From IMG/VR virus record IMGVR_UViG_3300008120_000241, positions 12,843-76,842 of that record: a stretch of 64,000 nt of DNA. One strand, written 5' to 3'. Of the stretch, positions 19,053 to 28,767 are shown piece after piece. The notes beneath the pieces were generated by a model, which saw only the letters and a program-made list of their open reading frames with translations, made no database searches and had not been told where the DNA came from. The position numbers and the translations under genes are program-made. Position 1 is the stretch's first letter, and each line of letters opens with the position of its first letter. Source of the stretch: a virus.

Positions 19053-19397
19053 ATGGAGTTTTTTATAAGAAAAAATAGTACATTACCCTTACTTCAAGTT
19101 AACATCACAAAAAACCTTAGAGTTGATTCGTCGACCGATAATTTGGATGACAGTGTTATCTATTTTTATATGAAAGATGTTGAAACTGATGTATTTAAAA
19201 TAGCAAAAGAAGATGCTTATTATGAGGCTGGTTCAATAACTTATCAATTTACAAAAAAAAACACAAGTAAGATTGGTAGATTTGAAGGTTATTTTAAAAT
19301 AGAAAATGAAGAAGGACTAATTGATTTACCAGTAGGTGATAAATTATACATAAACATTATAGATTCATTTAGTAATAGTGAGTTTTGTTGTAAATAA
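19053..19397 (+). CDS. BppU-like baseplate/tail-fibre adaptor
   Basis: MEFFIRKNSTLPLL..ITYQFTKKNTSKIGRFEGYFKI..LP pattern; directly before fibre gene. Confidence 0.5.
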   Translation: MEFFIRKNSTLPLLQVNITKNLRVDSSTDNLDDSVIYFYMKDVETDVFKIAKEDAYYEAGSITYQFTKKNTSKIGRFEGYFKIENEEGLIDLPVGDKLYINIIDSFSNSEFCCK

Positions 19398-19405
19398 TTA
19401 TTAAA

Positions 19406-22400
19406 ATGTCAAACAAAAGAATATCCGAATTACCCTATATTGATCAAACGAAAATATCTGGTAATACTTTGGTTCCACTAGTAACATATTATAGTGCGGT
19501 TACTGGAACTACAGTCCATACATATGTTGATGACTTTAAGGACTACATTTTAAGTGGAGTATCTGGATTAACAGAAATATACGTAACTGGCGGTACTTAT
19601 TCGGCAAATACAATTACTTTTACAAACAATACTGGAGGAACATTTACTGTAACGGGTATTACAGTAACCGGAACTACGATAATGGTTGGTGATTATCTCC
19701 CTCTAAGTGGTGGGACCGTTACGGGATCAACGTCTTTTACGTCTGGGTTAAATTCAAATATAATTTCAGCAACAACTTATCAGAATTTACCAATAAGTGG
19801 ATTAACCGCTGGTAATAACATTAATATAAGTGGTTCAAATGGTAATTTCACAATATCCGTTACTGGAATAACAAGTGGTACTACTTTTACTGGAAATACA
19901 TCAGCCACTTGCATAAATGACTTATATGTAAGTAATTTACACGGATGTTCACCAATAACAATTCATGATAGTATACAATTTACTGGATCAACAGCATCTG
20001 GATTATTATCCTATGCTGAAGGATATCAAACAACAGCATATGGTGATTATTCTCACTCTGAAGGTAGACAGACAACGGCATCTGGTGATTATTCTCACGC
20101 TGAAGGTAGTGACACAACAGCATCTGGTGAATATTCTCACGCTGAAGGTTATAATACACAAACTGGAAAATACGGAGCATACTTATCTGGACCAATAACA
20201 AGTGGTACCATAACTTTAAATTCAAGTTACGGTAACGTAACACCTAATTTTACATCTGGTAATACTATTGTTATTGATGATAGTGATTTTAATAGTAATA
20301 TTGGAAGGTCAAATTATACAATATCCGCGGTTACTTTTTCTTCACCAAATACGATAATTTATCTAAATCAAACAGGTACAACTTGTACCGGTAACGCGAT
20401 TATTGGTAATATAAGTAATTTTTCATTATGGAACGGTGATCAAATATTAAGAGGTGATTACTCCCACGCTCAAGGTGAAGGAACAAAATCCATCGGTATT
20501 TCATCATCTGCTAGTGGTTATTACACTATCGCATTTGGAAATTATTCAAGTACTAGTGGTGAGTACACAATTGCGTTAGGAAATTATTCTCACGCTGAAG
20601 GTAGAGCAACAACGACAATTAGAAATTATTCTCACGCTGAAGGCAGTACAACAACCGCATCTGGATATTATTCTCACGCCGAAGGTATTCAGACAACGGC
20701 ATCTGGATTATATTCTCACGCCGAAGGTGGTCAAACAGTAACTATAGGTCAATATTCTCACGCTGAAGGCGGTGAAACTACCGCCGTCGGTATCAGTACC
20801 CATGCTGAAGGAAAATCAACAATGGCATATGGTGTGTATTCACACGCCGAAGGTAGTGGAACAACGACATATGGTGTGTATTCACACGCTGAAGGAAAAT
20901 CAACAACAACAATAGGTGGTCATTCACACGCTGAAGGTATTGGAACAACGGCATTGGGTCAAAGTTCACACGCTGAAGGTATTCAGACAACTTCTGTTGG
21001 TAATGGTTCTCACGCTGAAGGTAATTACTCAGTAGCCATAGGTAGTGCTTCTCACGCTGAAGGTGATTATACAACGGCATCTGGAAATTATTCTCACGCT
21101 GAAGGTTCATCAACAACAGCGTCCGGATATGCTTCTCACGCTGAAGGTTCATCTACAACAGCATCTGGTGTTGGTTCTCACGCTGAAGGTTATAATACGC
21201 AAACTGGAAAATATGGTGCGTATTTATCCGGACCAATAACAAGTGGTATTATAACTTTAAATTCAAGTTACGGTAACGTAACATCTGGTTTTACATCTGG
21301 AAATACAGTTGTTATTGATGATAGAGATTTTAATAATAATATTGGAAGGTCAATGTTTACTATTTCAGCGGTGACCTTTTCCTCACCTAATACAATACTA
21401 TATCTTACATCAACTATTGTAAATTGTTCAGGAAACGCATTAATAGGTAATGTTAGTGATTTTAGTTTATGGAACGGTGACCAAATAATAAAAAGTAATT
21501 ATTCACATAGTGAAGGTAATAATACTTTTACTTTGTGGGAAAATTCTCACGCTGAAGGTTATAAATCAATAGCACTAACACCCAATTCTCACGCTGAGGG
21601 TGGGGATCAACTTAATAACATACCTGGAGGTTATACTATTGGTGTTGGTTCGCATGCTGAAGGTGTATTAACAACTTCTTTTGGGGGTTGGTCACACGCT
21701 GAAGGTTACCAAACGATAAGTTACGGTAATGGTTCACATTCTGAGGGTAAATTAACAACCGCATTAGGTAATTTTTCTCATTCCGAAGGTCTTCAAACGA
21801 CAGCGTCGGGTTATTATTCTCACGCTGAAGGTCTTCAAACGACAGCGTCGGGTTATTATTCTCACGCTGAAGGATACAAAACAATAAGTAGTGGTATTGG
21901 TTCTCATGCCGAAGGTGGGGATCAACTTAATGACTTAGCTGGAGGTTATGCGATTGGTGTTGGTTCGCACGCTGAAGGTATAAATACAACTTCTATTGGT
22001 ATTGGTTCCCATACCGAAGGTAGATCAACCACAGCCTCCGGGTATGGTTCTCACACTGAAGGTTCTTTAACGTCAGCATCTGCATATTATTCTCATGCTG
22101 AAGGTAGAGAAACTACAGCATCTGGAGATTATTCTCATACTGAAGGATATAAAACAATTGCAACTGGTAGAAGTTCTCACGCTGAAGGTGGTGATCAAAT
22201 TAATAATATACCTGGAGGTTATGCGTTAGGTACTGGTTCACATGCTGAAGGTATTAATACTCAAACAGGAAAATACGGAGCATATTTATCTAATCCTATA
22301 GTAAATGGTGTTATAACTCTTAATTCAAGTTACGGTAACGTAACATCTGGCTTTACATCTGGTAATACTGTTGTTATTGATGATAGATATTTTAATAATG

Positions 22401-23959
22401 ATATTGGAAGGTCAAACTACACAATATCCGCAGTTACTTTTTCGTCACCTAATACTATATTATATCTTACTAGTACTATTGTATATTGTTCCGGAAACGC
22501 AATAATTGGAAATTTAAGTGATTTTACATTATGGAATGGTGATCAAATAATAAGAGGTGATTATTCCCACGCACAAGGTGAATTAACTTGGAGTATAGGT
22601 ATAGGTTCTAATACAAAAGGAGCATTGAATACCGCGTCTGGTTATCATTCACACGCCGAAGGTGGTGAAACACATTCCATTGGGAGTGGGTCACATAGTG
22701 AAGGTAGAACAACAACTTCTGTTGGTTCTTTTTCTCACGCTGAAGGTAATGCAACAACAGCATCAGGAGGTTATTCTCACGCTGAAGGTAGACAGACAGC
22801 CGCAATTGGAATTTATTCACACGCTGAAGGTGGTTCAACAACGGCATTAGGTGAATATTCTCACGCTGAAGGTAGAGAAACAATGACATCTGGAAATTAT
22901 TCTCACGCTGAAGGTTATCTTTCAACAACAGTTGGTAGTTATTCTCATGTTGAAGGTGAAAGAACAACAGCGTTTGGACGAAGTTCTCATACTGAAGGTA
23001 TAGGAACAATCACAGTAGGTGACTATCAACACGTACAAGGTATGTGGAATGTTACTGGTGATACAACACAAGGTGCTTTTATTGTGGGCAATGGTTCAGA
23101 TAATAACAATAGAAGTAATTTAATATTTGCAGCAGGAAACCAAGTTAATATATCCGGAAAAACAACAACCACGAACTTCAGAATGACATCTGGGGCAACA
23201 AATGGTTATGTTTTAACATCAGATAATGATGGAAATGCGAGTTGGAAAATATCCGAAGTTGTAGGTAACTATTTACCATTAAGTGGTGGAACCGTAAGTG
23301 GGGGTACATCGTTCACAAGTGGATTGAGTGCTAATACGATTTATATAACAACAACACCGACGACTGACACACAAACAACGACACAATATTTAACAAGAGA
23401 TTCTTCAACAGGTCAAATTAAAAGTAAAACTATTCCAGGACCAACAGTTTATGGTTTATTCGCTCAAACTGGGAATAGTACAACAATAAGTGGTACAACA
23501 TCGGAATTGTCATTAATTGATGGTGGTATTGGTACATTATCTGTCCCTGAGAATGGTTTTAACATTGGTGATTCATTTAGGGCTGACTTTGGTGGATTAA
23601 TGTCTTCAAAACAAAATGATGATATAAGAATAAGAATTAAGTCTGGATCTGTAGTTTTAGCGGATAGTGGTTTACAAAATATGGATGCCGGAACTGATGA
23701 TGTGTGGCAACTTTCAGTTAATTTTACGATAAGAAAAATTGGGGGGCCCACTCAAGCTGAAATTGTCACATTAGGCGTGTTCCACACAACAAAACAATCA
23801 AATGGCACACAAACAGGGTTTGCATTTAATACCGTTAATTATACAACATTTGACACAACAATACCAAATCAATTGGATGTGACCGTACAATTTACACAAT
23901 CCTTTTTCATCCAACCAAACATATGGATCATTAGGATTTTCCATCCAACCGTGTTTTGA
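19406..23959 (+). CDS. Tail fibre/adhesin with many 14-aa SHAEG (YadA-head-like beta-roll) repeats
   Basis: Dozens of xSHAEGxxTxAxG repeats, YLPLSGGT motifs, three copies of an inserted GKYGAYLS..LWNGDQI module; C-terminus probably aberrant. Confidence 0.8.
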   Translation: MSNKRISELPYIDQTKISGNTLVPLVTYYSAVTGTTVHTYVDDFKDYILSGVSGLTEIYVTGGTYSANTITFTNNTGGTFTVTGITVTGTTIMVGDYLPLSGGTVTGSTSFTSGLNSNIISATTYQNLPISGLTAGNNINISGSNGNFTISVTGITSGTTFTGNTSATCINDLYVSNLHGCSPITIHDSIQFTGSTASGLLSYAEGYQTTAYGDYSHSEGRQTTASGDYSHAEGSDTTASGEYSHAEGYNTQTGKYGAYLSGPITSGTITLNSSYGNVTPNFTSGNTIVIDDSDFNSNIGRSNYTISAVTFSSPNTIIYLNQTGTTCTGNAIIGNISNFSLWNGDQILRGDYSHAQGEGTKSIGISSSASGYYTIAFGNYSSTSGEYTIALGNYSHAEGRATTTIRNYSHAEGSTTTASGYYSHAEGIQTTASGLYSHAEGGQTVTIGQYSHAEGGETTAVGISTHAEGKSTMAYGVYSHAEGSGTTTYGVYSHAEGKSTTTIGGHSHAEGIGTTALGQSSHAEGIQTTSVGNGSHAEGNYSVAIGSASHAEGDYTTASGNYSHAEGSSTTASGYASHAEGSSTTASGVGSHAEGYNTQTGKYGAYLSGPITSGIITLNSSYGNVTSGFTSGNTVVIDDRDFNNNIGRSMFTISAVTFSSPNTILYLTSTIVNCSGNALIGNVSDFSLWNGDQIIKSNYSHSEGNNTFTLWENSHAEGYKSIALTPNSHAEGGDQLNNIPGGYTIGVGSHAEGVLTTSFGGWSHAEGYQTISYGNGSHSEGKLTTALGNFSHSEGLQTTASGYYSHAEGLQTTASGYYSHAEGYKTISSGIGSHAEGGDQLNDLAGGYAIGVGSHAEGINTTSIGIGSHTEGRSTTASGYGSHTEGSLTSASAYYSHAEGRETTASGDYSHTEGYKTIATGRSSHAEGGDQINNIPGGYALGTGSHAEGINTQTGKYGAYLSNPIVNGVITLNSSYGNVTSGFTSGNTVVIDDRYFNNDIGRSNYTISAVTFSSPNTILYLTSTIVYCSGNAIIGNLSDFTLWNGDQIIRGDYSHAQGELTWSIGIGSNTKGALNTASGYHSHAEGGETHSIGSGSHSEGRTTTSVGSFSHAEGNATTASGGYSHAEGRQTAAIGIYSHAEGGSTTALGEYSHAEGRETMTSGNYSHAEGYLSTTVGSYSHVEGERTTAFGRSSHTEGIGTITVGDYQHVQGMWNVTGDTTQGAFIVGNGSDNNNRSNLIFAAGNQVNISGKTTTTNFRMTSGATNGYVLTSDNDGNASWKISEVVGNYLPLSGGTVSGGTSFTSGLSANTIYITTTPTTDTQTTTQYLTRDSSTGQIKSKTIPGPTVYGLFAQTGNSTTISGTTSELSLIDGGIGTLSVPENGFNIGDSFRADFGGLMSSKQNDDIRIRIKSGSVVLADSGLQNMDAGTDDVWQLSVNFTIRKIGGPTQAEIVTLGVFHTTKQSNGTQTGFAFNTVNYTTFDTTIPNQLDVTVQFTQSFFIQPNIWIIRIFHPTVF
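20010..23040 (+). repeat. Degenerate 42-nt coding repeat array (core TTCTCACGCTGAAGG)
   Basis: 42-nt periodicity; exact tandem copy at 21785-21868. Confidence 0.85.
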
Positions 23960-24325
23960 ATAATAATCAAAATCTTTTCTTAAAAGGTTCGCCCTATGTG
24001 ATGAATGAAAATCTTCACAACCTAACCAATGTGGCAATATAAATTCACCTTCAATTTTTTCATATTCCATTGTGTTTTTAAAACCACGAACTTTCCAAAC
24101 GTCAATTGAGTCGTTATAATATTGTTTAAGAGCGTTTACGTATGGTCTCCACATAATTGAACACGGATGATTTAACCAACCTTTATAAGGTTTACCATCT
24201 TTACGTAAACGACCGGTAATAGCCGATATTATCTGGTAAGCCTCAACTCGTTGTTTACCTAAACGTTTGTTGTCAAGTGATTCTAATGATTTTCTAAAAT
24301 CTGAATATGGAAGAAATGTTTGCAT
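23798..24325 (-). CDS. Pyrimidine-dimer DNA glycosylase-like protein (DenV/MSMEG_6728 family)
   Basis: MQTFLPY..F..S...LD.KRLGKQRVEA.QI, GW.NHP...MW, HSSHRANLLRKD..YY; C-terminal about 30 aa probably aberrant. Confidence 0.8.
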   Translation of the reverse strand: MQTFLPYSDFRKSLESLDNKRLGKQRVEAYQIISAITGRLRKDGKPYKGWLNHPCSIMWRPYVNALKQYYNDSIDVWKVRGFKNTMEYEKIEGEFILPHWLGCEDFHSSHRANLLRKDFDYYSKHGWMENPNDPYVWLDEKGLCKLYGHIQLIWYCCVKCCIINGIKCKPCLCAI

Positions 24326-24380
24326 ATGACAAAACTAATGATTTTTTTTCAATTTACGATATATTTATAAGAAAAAAATT

Positions 24381-24914
24381 ATGAAACAATCTATAAGACT
24401 AACCGAATCCGAATTAATTAACGTAATTAAGAGGATAATTAACGAATCAAATGGTAAAAATTTGATGGAACAAGTGAATCCAATTGTTTCAGATTTAACA
24501 TTAACTTTAAATTATTCAGTTGACCCAACATCCAAACAAAAAACATATTCACAATATATTACGTTTTCTACACCTATTAACGTGGAAGATAGACAAGCTG
24601 GTAAAAGTTATATGTATGAAGGAGTTTATGCTATAACATTTGATTTGAAGGAATGGGAAAGTATAACACCGAAAAAACAAACTAAAAGCGGTAAATTTAT
24701 CACTGGAGAAATACGTGTTAGTGATAATGTTTTGAATTTTTTAAAACCATACCTTAATAAAGGTAAAAGTCCGGACCCGATTAAAATTATCAACCTAATT
24801 CCGATGATTAAAAATACAGAAGGACAAGTAGTTAAATCAACAGCTTCGTCTGGATCTGTATATTTAACTGTAACTGAAAAACAAACAGGAGTACCAGTTG
24901 GCCCAAAAGATTAA
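24381..24914 (+). CDS. Late protein with RLTESELINVIKRIINE leader, unknown C-terminal domain
   Basis: 177 aa; TATTTAT at 24362-24368. Confidence 0.75.
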   Translation: MKQSIRLTESELINVIKRIINESNGKNLMEQVNPIVSDLTLTLNYSVDPTSKQKTYSQYITFSTPINVEDRQAGKSYMYEGVYAITFDLKEWESITPKKQTKSGKFITGEIRVSDNVLNFLKPYLNKGKSPDPIKIINLIPMIKNTEGQVVKSTASSGSVYLTVTEKQTGVPVGPKD

Positions 24915-24923
24915 TTGAATTTT

Positions 24924-25361
24924 TCACATTCCTTTAATAATCTGAAATTTGGTAAATTTGTATATATCTTTATCTACACCGAACAATGAAAACCAACTAA
25001 CTTGTTCATTGTTTACATCTAAATTTATTAGCATCCCAATATCATATCCGTCTATTAAAAAACTAACCATATACAAACTACCAACATTATTGAATATGAT
25101 ATTACCTTCTGTTTCTAATTCACCACGATAAAAATATTTGAATTGATTGCGTGTTAAGTCAAATTCATACGATACATTCGCATCATTACTGAAGTCATCA
25201 ACAAATTTGGTACTATTAATAATATCAACAATATTTATACCAACGGTATCAATTACGTGAGTATGATATGTTTCAGAAACTTCTATTCGGATAACTTGAC
25301 CAAAAACTGACTGAGAGATTATTGAAGTCAACACTAGAATAAAAACGATTAACTTTTTCAT
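24924..25361 (-). CDS. Secreted beta-rich protein, paralogue of 28768-29184
   Basis: Sec signal MKKLIVFILVLTSIISQSVFG|Q; TATCTTTG host-type promoter at 25391-25398. Confidence 0.75.
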   Translation of the reverse strand: MKKLIVFILVLTSIISQSVFGQVIRIEVSETYHTHVIDTVGINIVDIINSTKFVDDFSNDANVSYEFDLTRNQFKYFYRGELETEGNIIFNNVGSLYMVSFLIDGYDIGMLINLDVNNEQVSWFSLFGVDKDIYKFTKFQIIKGM

Positions 25362-25483
25362 AACTTTTATTTTTATATTATTTATATCAACAAAGATAAG
25401 GTATTTTATATTATCAAACTAAATATTAACATTTTTTAACAATTTACCTATTGACTTAATTTAATTTTGTTTTTCTAATATAG

Positions 25484-25514
25484 AAAAAATCCCACCATAA
25501 TTAAATGGTGGGAT
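25484..25514 (-). terminator. Intrinsic terminator downstream of tmRNA
   Basis: ATCCCACCAT-AATTAA-ATGGTGGGAT stem; A-run on + strand gives a U-tract on -. Confidence 0.7.
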
Positions 25515-25518
25515 CAGT

Positions 25519-25931
25519 TGGTGGACCTAGTGAGCTCCGACTCTCACGTCCGGTTCGTCTTGTTTAAAAGACAACTACATGCTTAGGTTGGTATTTTCTA
25601 ATACCCCAAACTATTTGGTTTTTTTTTGACCAAAAACAAAGTTAATTTGTTCTTCACCATCGTAAATTAACAACCAATGGATGACTCAATTTTGGGTTTA
25701 GTCATTCTCTACCTTTGTTGAGACTTCTGTTCCAAGGTTATGTGTCCACCGACCCGCCGTTTCCGTACCTAATCTAGGCTACAGTAACTTCTTCAGTTGC
25801 AATTAAACCAACCACTGAAAGGTTATCTAATACGTTGCCGTATATTGTTTGAATCAGTTTTTAACGAGATTAATTCAGTCCCGGCATGCTCCCTTTATTC
25901 AACCAACGCCCGTCAAATCCGATATAGGCCC
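25519..25931 (-). ncRNA. ssrA: tmRNA (transfer-messenger RNA)
   Basis: 5' GGGCCTATATCGGATTTGACGGG pairs with 3' TAGGTCC-ACCA including a G3-U wobble; T-arm GTGAG..CTCAC; internal tag ORF 25839-25774 GNVLDNLSVVGLIATEEVTVA*; TACCTTTG promoter upstream. Confidence 0.9.
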
Positions 25932-26012
25932 ATATGACGTAATGAATATTTTCAAAGAACTTATTACAAAGGTAATATATTTATTTTAAATAACCAATAT
26001 ATTTATATAAAT

Positions 26013-27179
26013 ATGTTAAGAAAAAAATTCATTTTTGAGAACGAGGAAGAAGGACTAACTGATTATGAAAAAATCCTACGTGCCGCTAAAGGTAATATAA
26101 ACCTTAGTGAACTTGATTTTGAAGATTCCGAAGGTAATGATTATAGTGATGACATTGAAATTACTTATGATGGTTTGGTCTTTACTTTTGATGGTTTGGC
26201 CGAGTATTTAAGATTTTTCTTTAAAGACGAATACGAAGAAGGGAGTGAGTCTTATCACGATGCCGATCATTATGAGTATATGTATACCGGTAATTACGAG
26301 TGGAGTCGTGAATTTTGGGATAAGTCAACCGACGAATGGCGAGATGGTTATATACTTGATCGGTTAACACAAGAGCACCTAGATTTAATTAAAAGGTTAG
26401 CTCAAGTTTTATCACCCAATTTATCTAGTAAATTAAAAAACCTAAACATTGTTGATTTAACTAAACAAGATAAATTAAAAAAAGAAGTTTCTGATTTTCT
26501 AGAAACAATAGATTTATCTGATAGTATAATTGATAAATGGGTTGATGCTAGTGTTGATGGTACGACAAATAAAATCTATGAAGGTATTGAAGAAAGATAT
26601 TGTAATGTATTTAGTGAAATAGGTATTGAGAGATATAGTCAGAGATATTGTTTTTGGAAATATGAAATGGATTGGGGTTCTTGTATGATTTTATATGCTC
26701 GTTTTGGTACAGATGAGGATAAGTTTTTGGACTTACTGTTTGAAGCGATTAAAAAATTAAGAGTACGTCATTTACCGGTTTGGTATGAAATGGAATATGA
26801 ATTTTGGGACAACGAAGCTTTTAATAAAACTTGGGGTCCAGAGGTGACAGAATTATTAGAAGAGAAACTTGAAGAAATTGAAAATAATTCAGAATATTTT
26901 GATGAGAATTATAGTGATACTGTAGAAAAGGTACTACAACTTGGTGGTCTTGATAAATGGATAACAACAAATGACGATAAATATCAAATACGGATTAATC
27001 AAATTGAACCAGAAACCAGTTTAATTTCCTATAGTATTATACCAAAAGGTCAATGGAAAGCAAAAGGTGGAAAAACCGATATTGAAAGTTTAATATCGTT
27101 ATTCTACAACGAAAAACTATTTGATTTGACTGAATCAAAAAAGAGATTCTCAATCCTCAGAAAAAAATCTATCCTTTAA
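26013..27179 (+). CDS. Acidic hypothetical late protein
   Basis: 388 aa; TATTTAT 6 nt before ATG. Confidence 0.75.
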   Translation: MLRKKFIFENEEEGLTDYEKILRAAKGNINLSELDFEDSEGNDYSDDIEITYDGLVFTFDGLAEYLRFFFKDEYEEGSESYHDADHYEYMYTGNYEWSREFWDKSTDEWRDGYILDRLTQEHLDLIKRLAQVLSPNLSSKLKNLNIVDLTKQDKLKKEVSDFLETIDLSDSIIDKWVDASVDGTTNKIYEGIEERYCNVFSEIGIERYSQRYCFWKYEMDWGSCMILYARFGTDEDKFLDLLFEAIKKLRVRHLPVWYEMEYEFWDNEAFNKTWGPEVTELLEEKLEEIENNSEYFDENYSDTVEKVLQLGGLDKWITTNDDKYQIRINQIEPETSLISYSIIPKGQWKAKGGKTDIESLISLFYNEKLFDLTESKKRFSILRKKSIL

Positions 27180-28181
27180 AATACCATATAGATCCAATAA
27201 TTCATCATTAGATATATAGATTTCACTATCACCGTAGAAATCACTTATCAATATTCCATCTTCATCCTCAATAACATCAATCGTCTCCAATTGATGTACT
27301 TGAAAATCATCATTATCTTGAACAAGTGAATTCATTACTGTTTCTGACGTATACACAATTGGTTTATATTCGTATTGGTATTTTTTATAACCAAGCACTT
27401 TTACCATATTTTGACCAACAATTATTGCATTTTTTACATCGTCAATTGATATAAATTCTTGATTTGTGTGCATGTTATAATAACCGCACGACATATTAAT
27501 ACAACAAACATCAATTTTCTTTTTTAATTGTGAAATATCAGTGTATGGGTGTGATTGAATAAACATTTCATTTTTAAAACCATCCTCAATGACCTTTAAT
27601 GTTTTGTTAAAAAATTCGGAATCTCTTTCAAACAAACGAACACCCGAACAAATCTCGGTAATTAAATGATTTCCTGGGGCGTCATATTGTGTAATGTAAC
27701 CAACATCTTGAAGAAAATTCACATCACATTTACTTGATCCGTGACATCCGGTTTCTTCTGAAACAAACAAACCAATTTTAACTTTATCCAAAGTTTTTAA
27801 TAACTCCAAACAAATAAAAATACCACATTTGTCATCACCACCAATTCCGGTTGGTTTGTTATCTTCGGTATATGCCTTTAAACAAGGAACCATCTGGTTA
27901 TTGAATTGTTTGCCGAAGGTATTTGGTCTAATAAGGTTTTCTTCTTTTATGATAATTTTATCAACCTTTTGATGAACGGTATCAGTATGTGCGATGAACA
28001 TTGGGTAATATTCTCCTTCATTTAATTTACCTTTGGTTGCATAGACATTTAACATCTCATCCCTGTAATATGATACACCTGGAATCATATCAAGTTCGTT
28101 GCATATATATTCAACCATATCTTCTTCTTGATATGTTTTGGAGGGAACTGATAATAATTCTTTAAATTTATTTAGGTTCAT
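27150..28181 (-). CDS. M20/M28/M42-clan zinc peptidase
   Basis: AHTDTV, GGDDKCG, SEETG, YD and YNMHT metal/catalytic motifs; start ATG 28181. Confidence 0.85.
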   Translation of the reverse strand: MNLNKFKELLSVPSKTYQEEDMVEYICNELDMIPGVSYYRDEMLNVYATKGKLNEGEYYPMFIAHTDTVHQKVDKIIIKEENLIRPNTFGKQFNNQMVPCLKAYTEDNKPTGIGGDDKCGIFICLELLKTLDKVKIGLFVSEETGCHGSSKCDVNFLQDVGYITQYDAPGNHLITEICSGVRLFERDSEFFNKTLKVIEDGFKNEMFIQSHPYTDISQLKKKIDVCCINMSCGYYNMHTNQEFISIDDVKNAIIVGQNMVKVLGYKKYQYEYKPIVYTSETVMNSLVQDNDDFQVHQLETIDVIEDEDGILISDFYGDSEIYISNDELLDLYGILKDRFFSED

Positions 28182-28230
28182 CTGTTTTTTTTGTAAAGAT
28201 AACATATTTATTTAGATAAAACAAATTATT

Positions 28231-28734
28231 ATGAAAAGAACTTTAAGATTAACCGAATCTGAATTGATTAATGTTATTAAAAGAATAATAACCGAGCAAG
28301 ACACCGCACAAAAACCCAACGAGGATACTAGAATAACTCTACTAAATCGATGGAAAGATAAAAAAATTGTAAAAAATGGTGTGTTACGTGATTTTGGTTT
28401 AAATTCATTTAAAGTTTCTGGTCCTAACTATGATATTTGGGAATTTGAATTAACTGGTAATCCGTTAACGTCAGATGATATGGGTACTAGAACAATCGCC
28501 AGTGCTAAATATAAATACAATCCAACTAAAAAAGTTTGGATAGATATTAATGGAGAGGAAAGAACTGGAGACGTTCAACCATATAGTGTTTTAAATAGAT
28601 TTAAAGGTGAATCTGAAACCAAATGGACTGACTTTTGGGGTGGAGACACATATAAAGATTTAGTAATTTCATCCAATAGTCCGTTTTTAAAGGATATGAA
28701 ATTCTACTTGGGTATAGAAAGAACAAAAATTTAA
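28231..28734 (+). CDS. Late protein with RLTESELINVIKRIITEQ leader, unknown C-terminal domain
   Basis: 167 aa; TATTTAT at 28205-28211. Confidence 0.75.
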   Translation: MKRTLRLTESELINVIKRIITEQDTAQKPNEDTRITLLNRWKDKKIVKNGVLRDFGLNSFKVSGPNYDIWEFELTGNPLTSDDMGTRTIASAKYKYNPTKKVWIDINGEERTGDVQPYSVLNRFKGESETKWTDFWGGDTYKDLVISSNSPFLKDMKFYLGIERTKI

Positions 28735-28767
28735 TAACCCCTCAAAACTTAATCTGAGGGATCTATT

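Noticed and set aside
20010-23040. Regularly spaced TTCTCACGCTGAAGG repeats resembling a CRISPR array
   Set aside because: 42-nt period is in frame within one ORF, variation is at synonymous positions, spacers resemble each other and no cas genes are present
19406-23959. Diversity-generating retroelement acting on the fibre gene
   Set aside because: No reverse transcriptase in the window and repeat differences are not adenine-specific
25519-25560. tRNA-like 3' end with CCA
   Set aside because: It is the 3' half of the tmRNA, not a standalone tRNA
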